A stretch of DNA of 32,000 nucleotides from Microcystis aeruginosa NIES-843. GTDB taxonomy: Bacteria > Cyanobacteriota > Cyanobacteriia > Cyanobacteriales > Microcystaceae. The notes beneath the pieces were generated by a model. That model made no database searches and was not told the origin of the DNA. It saw only the letters and a list, made by a program, of their open reading frames with translations. The position numbers and the translations under genes were made by a program. Below, in pieces: positions 17,006-24,651 of the stretch. Every line of letters begins with the position of its first letter. Position 1 is the stretch's first letter. The DNA lies in contig NC_010296.1 of NCBI RefSeq assembly GCF_000010625.1, positions 4,650,001 through 4,682,000 of the forward strand. Reading direction: 5' to 3'.

Positions 17006-17731
17006 TTATTCTCCTGATTCGGAAATATTATAGCTGATCGAGGCTTGCGGTGCGGCGGCGGGTTCGGGGACACCATCCCCTAGGCGACGGGTAATAGTTC
17101 GACCGCTTTGTTGTAGAACAATATAGGGGTTATCGGGATCGGTGTTGATCGCTTTAACTAAAATTAAACCATTAGAGAGGGTAGAACCGGGGATAACTCG
17201 ACGTTCCGTGGCTTCTCCGGGGGCTTTCACGATCGCCATAGCAGTGGTAGGTAACTGGACGATGCCCGATACTTGCACTTCTTCCGCTTCCGTTGGTTGC
17301 GGTGGTGGTGGCGGCGCTTTAACTATCGGTCGTCTGGGAGTGGGACGATTGCCTACGGATGCGGATGGGGGTGCGGCTGCGGTAGCCGCCGGAGTCCCAA
17401 CTGGGGGTTTTTCTTCCGCTGTAATCGTAATATTTGGTTGTAGGGGAAAGGGGGCAAAGGGATCGCTGCGACCGCGATTAATTTCTGCCCGTTTTTGGTC
17501 AGGATCGGTAGCGGGAATCAATCCCGCTACCCTTGGGGGGGTTGGTTCGGTGGCCGGTTGCACAGCACCGCTAAAGGCAGGTGGTTGGGCAGCCGGGGGA
17601 CTGGGAGAGGGGGTGGGGGTGGGGGTTTCTTGGCTGGGTGGTGGGGATTGATTAGCTTGGTCAGAAGCTGGACATCCCACCAACAATAAAGCGACACTCC
17701 CCACCGATAGGATTAGCGGCAATTTTTTCAT
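17006..17731 (-). CDS. Proline-rich lipoprotein with a C-terminal beta-rich domain
   Basis: The sequence MKKLPLILSVGSVALLLVGC is a signal peptide with a lipobox (LVGC). A long P/T/A-rich linker follows, then the C-terminal region VQVSGIVQLPTTAMAIVKAPGEATERRVIPGSTLSNGLILVKAI. Confidence 0.85.
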   Translation of the reverse strand: MKKLPLILSVGSVALLLVGCPASDQANQSPPPSQETPTPTPSPSPPAAQPPAFSGAVQPATEPTPPRVAGLIPATDPDQKRAEINRGRSDPFAPFPLQPNITITAEEKPPVGTPAATAAAPPSASVGNRPTPRRPIVKAPPPPPQPTEAEEVQVSGIVQLPTTAMAIVKAPGEATERRVIPGSTLSNGLILVKAINTDPDNPYIVLQQSGRTITRRLGDGVPEPAAAPQASISYNISESGE

Positions 17732-17852
17732 GGGGAAACAAAGACAAAATGGCCCGGTCGGACAACCTTGGATACTAACATAACATTTGTTCCCCAGAAA
17801 TCTAGGCCGATGATAGGGGGAAAGTCAGGAACTTGACCCCCCCGGTCCAGTT

Positions 17853-19598
17853 TTAATACTGACTACCGGATTTGCGATGACCGATGGCGGTGACACCGTT
17901 ACTATCCAAAACTTGACCCCGCTCGACGGTGGCATAGACTAACCAGCGATCGCCGCAGAGTTGTCGCTCTTTGGCCGTACACTCTAGATAGGCGAGACTT
18001 TCGCTTAAAATCAGACAGCCATTTTCCCCGACTTGGGTTTCTAATCCCGTAAAGACATCGCCGCCAGATTTGATGCGATTGGAAAAATGACGGCGTAAAT
18101 TGCGCCCTTCCTTGAGAATATTCAAGGTAAAGGCGGTTCCGGAGTTAATTAGGCGATCAGCGGCTTGTTCGTCAGCAACGGCGATAATTAGCCCCGGGGG
18201 GTTAAAACTGGCTTGGGATACCCAAGAGGTCAGGAAACCAGCATGATCCTCGCCCTGACGAGTGGTGAGAACAGAGAGGGAACCGACAATCCGACCAACG
18301 GCCTGGGCAGTGCGATCGATTTGTGTTTCGGTCATTCCCTGTTGGGGAACCCGCAATTTTTTGGTTTTTTTCAAGGTCCTGGCGAAGGTTTCTCCAGCTA
18401 AATAACCTGCTTGTAAACAGCTTTCTGTGGGGCTAAAACGCACGCGCAAGGATTCAAAACCGAGGCGATAATTAGCATCTTTGAGTTTAGTTTCAATTAA
18501 ATCTACAGCTTCCCCACTCCAACCGTAGGAACCAAAAACCCCGGCTAATTTAGTTTTTGCTGCCGTGGAAAGAACGATTCCTAAAGCGGTTTGGATCTGG
18601 GTAGGAGCGTGACCGGCTAAGGTGGGAGAACCGATAATAAATCCGTCACAATTTTCGATCGCTTGACTAATTTCGGCGGGGGTGGCAAACTCACAATTTA
18701 TTGATTCTACGGCCAGATCATTTTCTAATAATCCTCGTTCGATCGAGCGGGCCAGGGTGGCAGTATTTCCGTAGGCAGAAGCATATAATAAAGCCACTTG
18801 TAGAGGTCGAGTTTTTTGTTCTTGACACCAATAACGATAATCGTGGGCAAGACGACTAAGACTATAACGAATTATCGGACCGTGGGCGGGTGCATAATAT
18901 TGGGCGGGAAATTCTTTAATTTTGTCGAGGGCTGTTTCTACCGCTTTGGATTGCACGGCATGGAGACAATCAAAATAATAACGACGATCCACATCTAATT
19001 CTTTCCAATTTTTATCCCAAAGATCGTCACTGCACAGATGTACACTAAATAATTTATCGCTGTATAAAATTTGGTTTTTTTGGTCAAAAGTGCAGATACC
19101 ATCAGGCCAGCGGGGCGTAGGGACATTAATAAAACTGAGTTGATGACCTTGCCCTAAATCAAGGATTTCATCGCTTCGTATGCCCAAAATTTGGGCATCG
19201 GGAAAGGCATTTTTAAGGGTATTGACGGCAGATTTAGAACAGAGGATGGTGATTTGATGGGTGGCGGCTAATAAGGCCTTTAAAGTGACGATACGGTTGG
19301 GATTAACGTGACTGAGAATCAGATAATCGAGACGATGTAAGGAGATATATTGACGAATTTCTTCTAAATAAATTTCGGTGAAGGATTCTCCAGGGGGATC
19401 GATTAAGGCGGTTTTATCGCCACAGATAAGATAGGAATTAGCGGTGGTTCCCCGTTGACGAGCATATTCTATTTCAAATTTTAATCTGTCCCAAGTACGG
19501 GAGCGAAAAACCCAAGTTTGATCGGCAATTTCGGCGGTTTGAACATCGCGGGAGCGATTATTGATAGCAGGATTGGGAATTAAAGTATTAGTGGTCAT
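17853..19598 (-). CDS. flv2: Flavodiiron protein of the Flv2 type (metallo-beta-lactamase-like, flavodoxin and flavin-reductase domains) with non-canonical di-iron ligands
   Basis: The ORF is 581 aa with three-domain cyanobacterial FDP architecture. The position of the HxExDH motif reads LILSHVNPNRI, so the ligands are substituted as in the Flv1/Flv2 class. The C-terminal flavin-reductase region includes FLTSWVSQASFNPPGLIIAV. It is the last gene of the flv4/sll0218-like/flv2 arrangement. Confidence 0.88.
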   Translation of the reverse strand: MTTNTLIPNPAINNRSRDVQTAEIADQTWVFRSRTWDRLKFEIEYARQRGTTANSYLICGDKTALIDPPGESFTEIYLEEIRQYISLHRLDYLILSHVNPNRIVTLKALLAATHQITILCSKSAVNTLKNAFPDAQILGIRSDEILDLGQGHQLSFINVPTPRWPDGICTFDQKNQILYSDKLFSVHLCSDDLWDKNWKELDVDRRYYFDCLHAVQSKAVETALDKIKEFPAQYYAPAHGPIIRYSLSRLAHDYRYWCQEQKTRPLQVALLYASAYGNTATLARSIERGLLENDLAVESINCEFATPAEISQAIENCDGFIIGSPTLAGHAPTQIQTALGIVLSTAAKTKLAGVFGSYGWSGEAVDLIETKLKDANYRLGFESLRVRFSPTESCLQAGYLAGETFARTLKKTKKLRVPQQGMTETQIDRTAQAVGRIVGSLSVLTTRQGEDHAGFLTSWVSQASFNPPGLIIAVADEQAADRLINSGTAFTLNILKEGRNLRRHFSNRIKSGGDVFTGLETQVGENGCLILSESLAYLECTAKERQLCGDRWLVYATVERGQVLDSNGVTAIGHRKSGSQY

Positions 19599-19623
19599 AA
19601 TTGTTAAGTTGGGTGTTAGTTGT

Positions 19624-19691
19624 TGGGTGTGGGGTGTGGGGTGTGGGGTGTGGGGTGTGGGGTGTGGGGTGTGGGGTGTGGGGTGTTGGGG
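19624..19691. repeat. (GGGGTGT)x8 perfect heptamer array with degenerate flanks
   Basis: Eight perfect units occupy 19631-19686, starting 33 nt upstream of the flv2 start codon. The flv2 transcript would carry the complement, (ACACCCC)n. Confidence 0.95.
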
Positions 19692-19762
19692 AAGTAGGGT
19701 TTTAGGGGAAATTACTCTATCTCCCCATTACCCTATTACCCCATTTTCCTATCCCCTTCTCA

Positions 19763-20053
19763 CTGATAACTGATAACTGATAACTGATAACTGATAACTG
19801 ATAACTGATAACTGATAACTGATAACTGATAACTGATAACTGATAACTGATAACTGATAACTGATAACTGATAACTGATAACTGATAACTGATAACTGAT
19901 AACTGATAACTGATAACTGATAACTGATAACTGATAACTGATAACTGATAACTGATAACTGATAACTGATAACTGATAACTGATAACTGATAACTGATAA
20001 CTGATAACTGATAACTGATAACTGATAACTGATAACTGATAACTGATAACTGA
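19763..20053. repeat. (CTGATAA)x41.6 perfect heptanucleotide microsatellite, 291 bp
   Basis: I checked the array line by line and found no interruption. It starts immediately after the stop codon (20054-20056) of the sll0218-like gene and lies inside the operon. Confidence 0.97.
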
Positions 20054-20554
20054 CTAAATTTTGCTGTTTATTTCAGTTAATTCTTTAACTAAATGTTGAC
20101 GATAACGTTCAGAAACTTTTTGTTCAGGATCGATACCTTCAAAGGTGGGAGGAAGCCAAACTCTTAACACCATTAATGTACCGAGAACTATTAGAAAAGC
20201 ACAGGCAGCTAATACTTGTGTCCAATTAGTTTCTAGGACTCCTCTGACAATTAATTCTCGCAAAACCGAGACGATAGAAACTTCCACGGCAACACCGATA
20301 GAAACTCGTTTTTCTTGCAAATAAATAATCAATAATCGGAACAATTCTACTAGAATTAAGAGGAATAAAATATCGGCGGTAATAATCCGAAATTGAATCG
20401 GTGGCAGCAGAGACATAAACATTTCTCTGACTTCTAACACCATGAAGCTAAATAAACCGATACAGAGAGAAATGACAATTAAATCTTGAATCATTTCTAA
20501 GACTTGCACTACTCGCACCATCATTGGGGAAGGGTTTTTAATTGGTTCGTACAT
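20054..20554 (-). CDS. Small integral membrane protein, Sll0218-like (PsiE-like), middle gene of the flv4-flv2 operon
   Basis: The ORF is 166 aa with about 4 TM helices (DLIVISLCIGLFSFMVL, ILFLLILVELFRLLIIYL, VAVEVSIVSVLRELIV and AACAFLIVLGTLMVL). Its position between the two flv genes matches the Synechocystis sll0217-sll0218-sll0219 operon. Confidence 0.82.
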   Translation of the reverse strand: MYEPIKNPSPMMVRVVQVLEMIQDLIVISLCIGLFSFMVLEVREMFMSLLPPIQFRIITADILFLLILVELFRLLIIYLQEKRVSIGVAVEVSIVSVLRELIVRGVLETNWTQVLAACAFLIVLGTLMVLRVWLPPTFEGIDPEQKVSERYRQHLVKELTEINSKI

Positions 20555-20606
20555 TTTATTTCTCCTAAGATTGATAGAATTGGGTGTTAGCTGTTGGGGG
20601 GATTTT

Positions 20607-20684
20607 TCAGTGAGCAGTGAGCAGTAACCAGTAATCGGTGAACTGATAACTGATAACTGATAACTGTTAACTGATAACTGTTAA
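20607..20684. repeat. Degenerate heptamer array of 11 units (cagtgag x2, cagtaac, cagtaat, cggtgaa, ctgataa x3, ctgttaa, ctgataa, ctgttaa)
   Basis: The array is read directly. It fills the flv4/sll0218-like intergenic spacer and overlaps the flv4 stop codon (20681-20683). Confidence 0.75.
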
Positions 20685-22405
20685 TAATGGTTGCCAACTT
20701 TGCGATGATGGACAGCAGTTAAGGTATCTAAACGGGCAACTCGTCCGGTATTAACGGTACAATAAACTACCCAATGATCGCCGCAATCTAAACGACTGGT
20801 TACTTCACATTCTATGTAAGCTAAGGCATCGGCTAAAATTGGTGATCCATTATTGGCAGTATAGGTTTTAATGCCTTCAAAACGATTGGCACCGGGAGAG
20901 AAACGCTTGAGGAAATGTTTCATTAATTTCTGGTAATTATCCTCAGCTAAAACATTTAAAACAAAGGTATCGCTAGGCTGTAAAAAGGATACCATTGCCC
21001 GATCTTTGGCCACTGCAATCGCCACACCTAAAGGATTTAAACTTGCTTGTGTCACCCAAGAGGCAATCATGGCACTAGATAAATCGGCTTTTTGGGAAGT
21101 AATTAGATACAATCCGGTACTAATACGGCCTAAAGCTCTTTCTAAGTCGTTGTTAATCGATTTAATTTGTTTAATCGTTTTTTCTCGGCTTAACCATTGG
21201 CCGAGGTCGGTTCCTGCTTCATCGGCAATAAAATCGAGGGATTGATTGGGATTGTCTTTAACTAAAAGAGGAGGAAAAGCTTCGATTGCGACCATTTCCT
21301 GTAATTTATTTCTTAAGGGAAAAATTGGTTCATCTTCCCCACCTCCTGACTCAAATAATCCTACAGCTTGTTTGCCATTAACTGCAGCAAGAATCGTGCT
21401 TAAAATCGTCTGGTTAGTCAGGGAAGATTGGGGAGGCATTCCGATGACAACTCCTTTAGACTGATTGATTAATTCTCTGACTTCGTGGGGATCAGCATTA
21501 TTCATATCGACTAATTCTGTCACCACATCAGTTTTAGTCAGACCCTGACTAATCATAGTGGCTAAATGTTCGCTTTGTCCGTAATCTTGGGTAAAGAATA
21601 TAGCCACTAAAGTATCGGCAGAAGTTTGTTCTTGACTCCAAGTTTGATAGCGTCCCACCCAATCAGAAATATGGTGTTTTAATAGGGGACCGTGACCAGT
21701 GGCAATGAGATTAATCTCAAATTTCTCGATTCTTTTAATTGCCCCTAAAACTGAACGAGCATTCGGTCGCATCAGACAGTCATAATAGGTTTGAAAATCG
21801 GCTTCTAGCAGGTCTTTTTCTCGATCGTAGATTTGATCATCACAAAAGTGCATTCCGAAAGCATCACAGGTAAAAAGGGTGGCAGTTTTAGCATCAAAAG
21901 TGAAGATAGTATCAGGCCAATGAAGATTAGGGGCTGAAACAAATTCTAAGATATGACCATTGCCTAAATCTAAAGTATCACCACTTTTAACGATTAACTG
22001 TTTAAAGGGTCTGTGTACCATGTTTTCGAGGAATTGCATGGCAACTTTTGCCCCAACCACGGTAACTTCTGGGACTAATTCCAAAACTTCTTTGACTAAA
22101 CCACTGTGGTCGGGTTCGGTGTGACTGATAATTAAATAATCAAGATGATTGATGTTGATTAGTTTAGTTAATTCCTCCAGATAAAGGCGATCGAATTTGC
22201 GGTGAGATGTATCAATTAGGGCGGTTTTTTCCCCTTGAATAACAAAAGAGTTATAAGTGGTACCGTTTTCTAAACCAAATTCGATATCAAAACGATCGCG
22301 ATCCCAATCCAAACAGCGCAAGGTAAAAGTATTTTCGGCGATTTCTTGGATTTGTGTGGTTAAACGGCTGGTTTTAGCGGGTTTTGGGGTGATTAAAGCA
22401 ACCAT
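20681..22405 (-). CDS. flv4: Flavodiiron protein of the Flv4 type with canonical di-iron ligands
   Basis: The ORF is 574 aa with the same three-domain architecture as flv2. The canonical motif is LIISHTEPDHSG (HxExDH). The flavin-reductase region includes MIASWVTQASLNPLGVAIAV. It is the first gene of the operon. Confidence 0.88.
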   Translation of the reverse strand: MVALITPKPAKTSRLTTQIQEIAENTFTLRCLDWDRDRFDIEFGLENGTTYNSFVIQGEKTALIDTSHRKFDRLYLEELTKLININHLDYLIISHTEPDHSGLVKEVLELVPEVTVVGAKVAMQFLENMVHRPFKQLIVKSGDTLDLGNGHILEFVSAPNLHWPDTIFTFDAKTATLFTCDAFGMHFCDDQIYDREKDLLEADFQTYYDCLMRPNARSVLGAIKRIEKFEINLIATGHGPLLKHHISDWVGRYQTWSQEQTSADTLVAIFFTQDYGQSEHLATMISQGLTKTDVVTELVDMNNADPHEVRELINQSKGVVIGMPPQSSLTNQTILSTILAAVNGKQAVGLFESGGGEDEPIFPLRNKLQEMVAIEAFPPLLVKDNPNQSLDFIADEAGTDLGQWLSREKTIKQIKSINNDLERALGRISTGLYLITSQKADLSSAMIASWVTQASLNPLGVAIAVAKDRAMVSFLQPSDTFVLNVLAEDNYQKLMKHFLKRFSPGANRFEGIKTYTANNGSPILADALAYIECEVTSRLDCGDHWVVYCTVNTGRVARLDTLTAVHHRKVGNHY

Positions 22406-22586
22406 AATTTCTCTCTCCCACAGGATTTGATTCGGAACTGCATTTGCTTAATTCCTATGGTGACTTGCTTTCAGCGATTTGTAAAATACCAATTACTCAA
22501 GTAAATGATTAGCTAGATTTATATAACCTTTTCTCTATGGTTGCGAGTATTAATTTGAGTGCTGGCCTTGCCGAATCAAGATCTGA

Positions 22587-22888
22587 ATACTAAATCCGGT
22601 TATTAAAGACTGATTATCTATTTCTCCTTTTGCCTTTTGCATGAGTACCTTTTGCCTGTCCTCATAAGTAGCCTATACTAGACCTCTTGTAAAAATCAAA
22701 AATTGTTGTTAGGGTTAGGAGTCAGTAGTCAGGAGTCGGGAGTCAGGAGAAGAAAAAAGACAAGAGACGACTAGACTAGCCATAAAACCTAATATTATGC
22801 CGAATTTATCCGAGCTTTTAGATATTGTGACCGAATAGCGGCCCGATAACTTACTTTTGCAGGAGGTCTACTCAACGGATTTAGTATG
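22587..22888. repeat. MITE-like element (family B) with terminal inverted repeats atactaaatccg/cggatttagtat and an internal (GGAGTCA)-type heptamer run
   Basis: The terminal inverted repeats are read at 22587-22599 and 22877-22888. A second inverted pair, actagacctcttgtaaaa/ttttgcaggaggtctact, lies inside them. The left 90 bp is homologous to 23688-23777. Confidence 0.55.
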
Positions 22889-23354
22889 AGTCCCTCGGAT
22901 CGATTTCTCAACGTTTGTCTCTGGCACTTTTTTGACTAAAAAAGTGCCAAAACCGTTTTCTAGTAGGCTTCCAGTAATATTCAGCAAACCCTAGATAGTC
23001 AACAGCTTAGCTTTCTGGGAGGGCGGTCCACGAACCAAGAAAAATGGTATAACGACTGAGTCAAGAGCGGCCGCTCTTTTAAGCAAAAATAAATCTACTA
23101 AGTAGTCGTGCAAAATTAATTTCCTAGTCGAGACAGGAGACTCCGAGACGGGAGACTCCGAGACGGGAGACGGGAGACAGCTATTAGGGATCGGATTTGA
23201 GTTTTCAGTTCACTGTTTCCTCACACCAGAAGTCTGACGGAGTAGTGGCTTAGATGTGTAATTAATTTTGCTTAGGTACTTAAATTTATCCAAGAACTCT
23301 ATTATTCACCGCAATAAGGACAGCCTTATTGAGAATAATGTAACATAGAAGTAT

Positions 23355-23580
23355 TACTTAGGGTCTGCTGAATAAATCTAAAAACCTTGTTGGATAAGAC
23401 TTTTGGACTTTTTTCCCCTCAAAAAGTGCCAGCCATTGCGGGGATCGGGGGGAAAATTCCTGGACTTTTTCCCTGAAAATTAGCTACTTGACCACCTGAA
23501 AATCGATAAAACCCCATACCCCACACCCCACACCCCACACCCTGCCACCACCGAAAAGCTTTTTCAGCAAGCCCTACTTA
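23355..23580 (+). mobile_element. MITE-A copy 1 (214-bp core, TIR GGGTCTGCTGAA.../...TTCAGCAAGCCC), flanked by direct TACTTA hexamers
   Basis: The core at 23361-23574 is near-identical to 29977-30190 and is the reverse complement of 31341-31559. It contains an internal (ACACCCC)n tract. Confidence 0.8.
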
Positions 23581-23687
23581 GGTAATACCCAAAATCCGTT
23601 TTTAATAGTATGATTAACTCCCAATCCAACCTTAAAAACCCAGTTATGAATTGTTTCTCTCTGCTCCCCGCTATCCTATACCTTTTA

Positions 23688-23794
23688 ATACTAAATCTGG
23701 TTATTAAAGACTGATTATTTATTCCCCCTTTTGCCTATTGCCTTCTGCCTGTTGCCTGTCCTGATATGTAGCCTATGCTCAACCGATTTATTAT
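23688..23794. repeat. Short (107-bp) family-B MITE-like copy
   Basis: The terminal repeats are atactaaatctgg...ccgatttattat. The internal sequence is homologous to 22600-22676 and includes TTGCCTx heptamers. Confidence 0.5.
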
Positions 23795-24599
23795 GACTTG
23801 GTAGTAGTAGTGAGCCATGTTGCTTATCCGGCATGAAGTATGTAAAATATTTATTAATAAAAATAATTGGAACCCAATCAGTCCTTAAACCTCTAGCTTG
23901 ATCATGACTTTTCTGATAAATATCTTTTTGTGGCTCCTGTCCGGCTTACTCAAATATCAGCCTAGCACAGAACAAAATCCCCCTTTCGCCTGTATTTACT
24001 TGTCTGGCGTTGTGGTTCTCACCATACTATCAAGAACGGTTATATTCCTGGACTTACCCCATACAGAAATACTAAAAAATTAACAAAACCCTTACTGCCT
24101 GGAGCTTCTCAGAAAAAATTGACAAGCCGTCACTGGGTACATTTTCCCTTTGAAAATGTCTGTACCGTTGACTGTATCTGGAGTAGAGCGATGCCGTAGA
24201 GTTGGCTGTATAGTGATCGCTAACCTTATTATAACAGATGGTGTCATTAATCTCTAGAGTCAGCGATTCCCTCTGTAGCCATGTTTTTGCTGGTTTTCTG
24301 CCTGGAAACAAGCTATAATGGTCGAAGGGTCAAATTTGAAAATTTTTGCCTCAAGCCCTATCTGCGTAAAGATTTCAGGAGTTTGTACCTGCCAGTATAT
24401 TTGTATTACACTGCTTTAAATCAGGCTCTGTAAGACTTTTAGCCATAGCCAGTATATTCATAGGGTGGAAGTTCAGTTATCGATGACTACAATGCACAGC
24501 AAAGCAAAGGATTAAGCCCCCATCACTACTACCGAATCACCCCCCTCTTAGGCTTCGCAGAACAACAACAGGAAGCTTATGCTTTGAAAGACCGCTAGT

Positions 24600-24627
24600 G
24601 GCAGTAGGAGAAGAGTCTCCTACTGCC
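24600..24627 (-). terminator. Stem-loop downstream of the S8/RTX gene
   Basis: A perfect 12-bp stem ggcagtaggaga/tctcctactgcc has the loop agag. It lies 25 nt past the stop. The U-tract on the minus strand is weak. Confidence 0.45.
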
Positions 24628-24651
24628 TGCAAACTTAAATGATCTCTCAAT

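Noticed and set aside
17142-17689. 169-aa and 64-aa + strand ORFs with G-rich translations, and the 80-aa ORF at 16834-17076
   Set aside because: The + strand ORFs are the mirror image of the Pro-rich lipoprotein coding strand (CCN codons read as GGN). The ORF at 16834-17076 spans the junction of two better-supported genes in another frame.
19763-20053. Possible CRISPR array, given the long and very regular repeat block
   Set aside because: The unit is 7 bp with no spacers, so this is a pure microsatellite. No cas genes or leader are present. The 4188-4348 block is likewise a run of contiguous 14-15-bp units without spacers.
19763-20053. TGATAAC units as an array of Fur-box-like (GATAAT) or GATA-type binding sites
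   Set aside because: The resemblance is limited to 5-6 nt. The 7-bp phasing does not match the hexamer or 7-1-7 Fur models. The same heptamer also occurs next to unrelated genes, so I cannot support a specific regulator from sequence alone.
22406-22560. An NdhR/CcmR-type LysR box or an as1_flv4-like antisense promoter upstream of flv4
   Set aside because: I could not find a convincing T-N11-A dyad or a conserved motif by eye. Comparative alignment or TSS mapping is required before calling any site.
23898-24311. A 61-aa hydrophobic ORF (+), a possible small membrane peptide or type I toxin, and an overlapping 79-aa ORF (-)
   Set aside because: Neither has a Shine-Dalgarno-like sequence. The + ORF has a TTG/ATG start in repeat-rich non-coding DNA and no partner antisense structure that I can see. 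The evidence is not enough to call either as a gene, though expression data could revive the 61-aa candidate.
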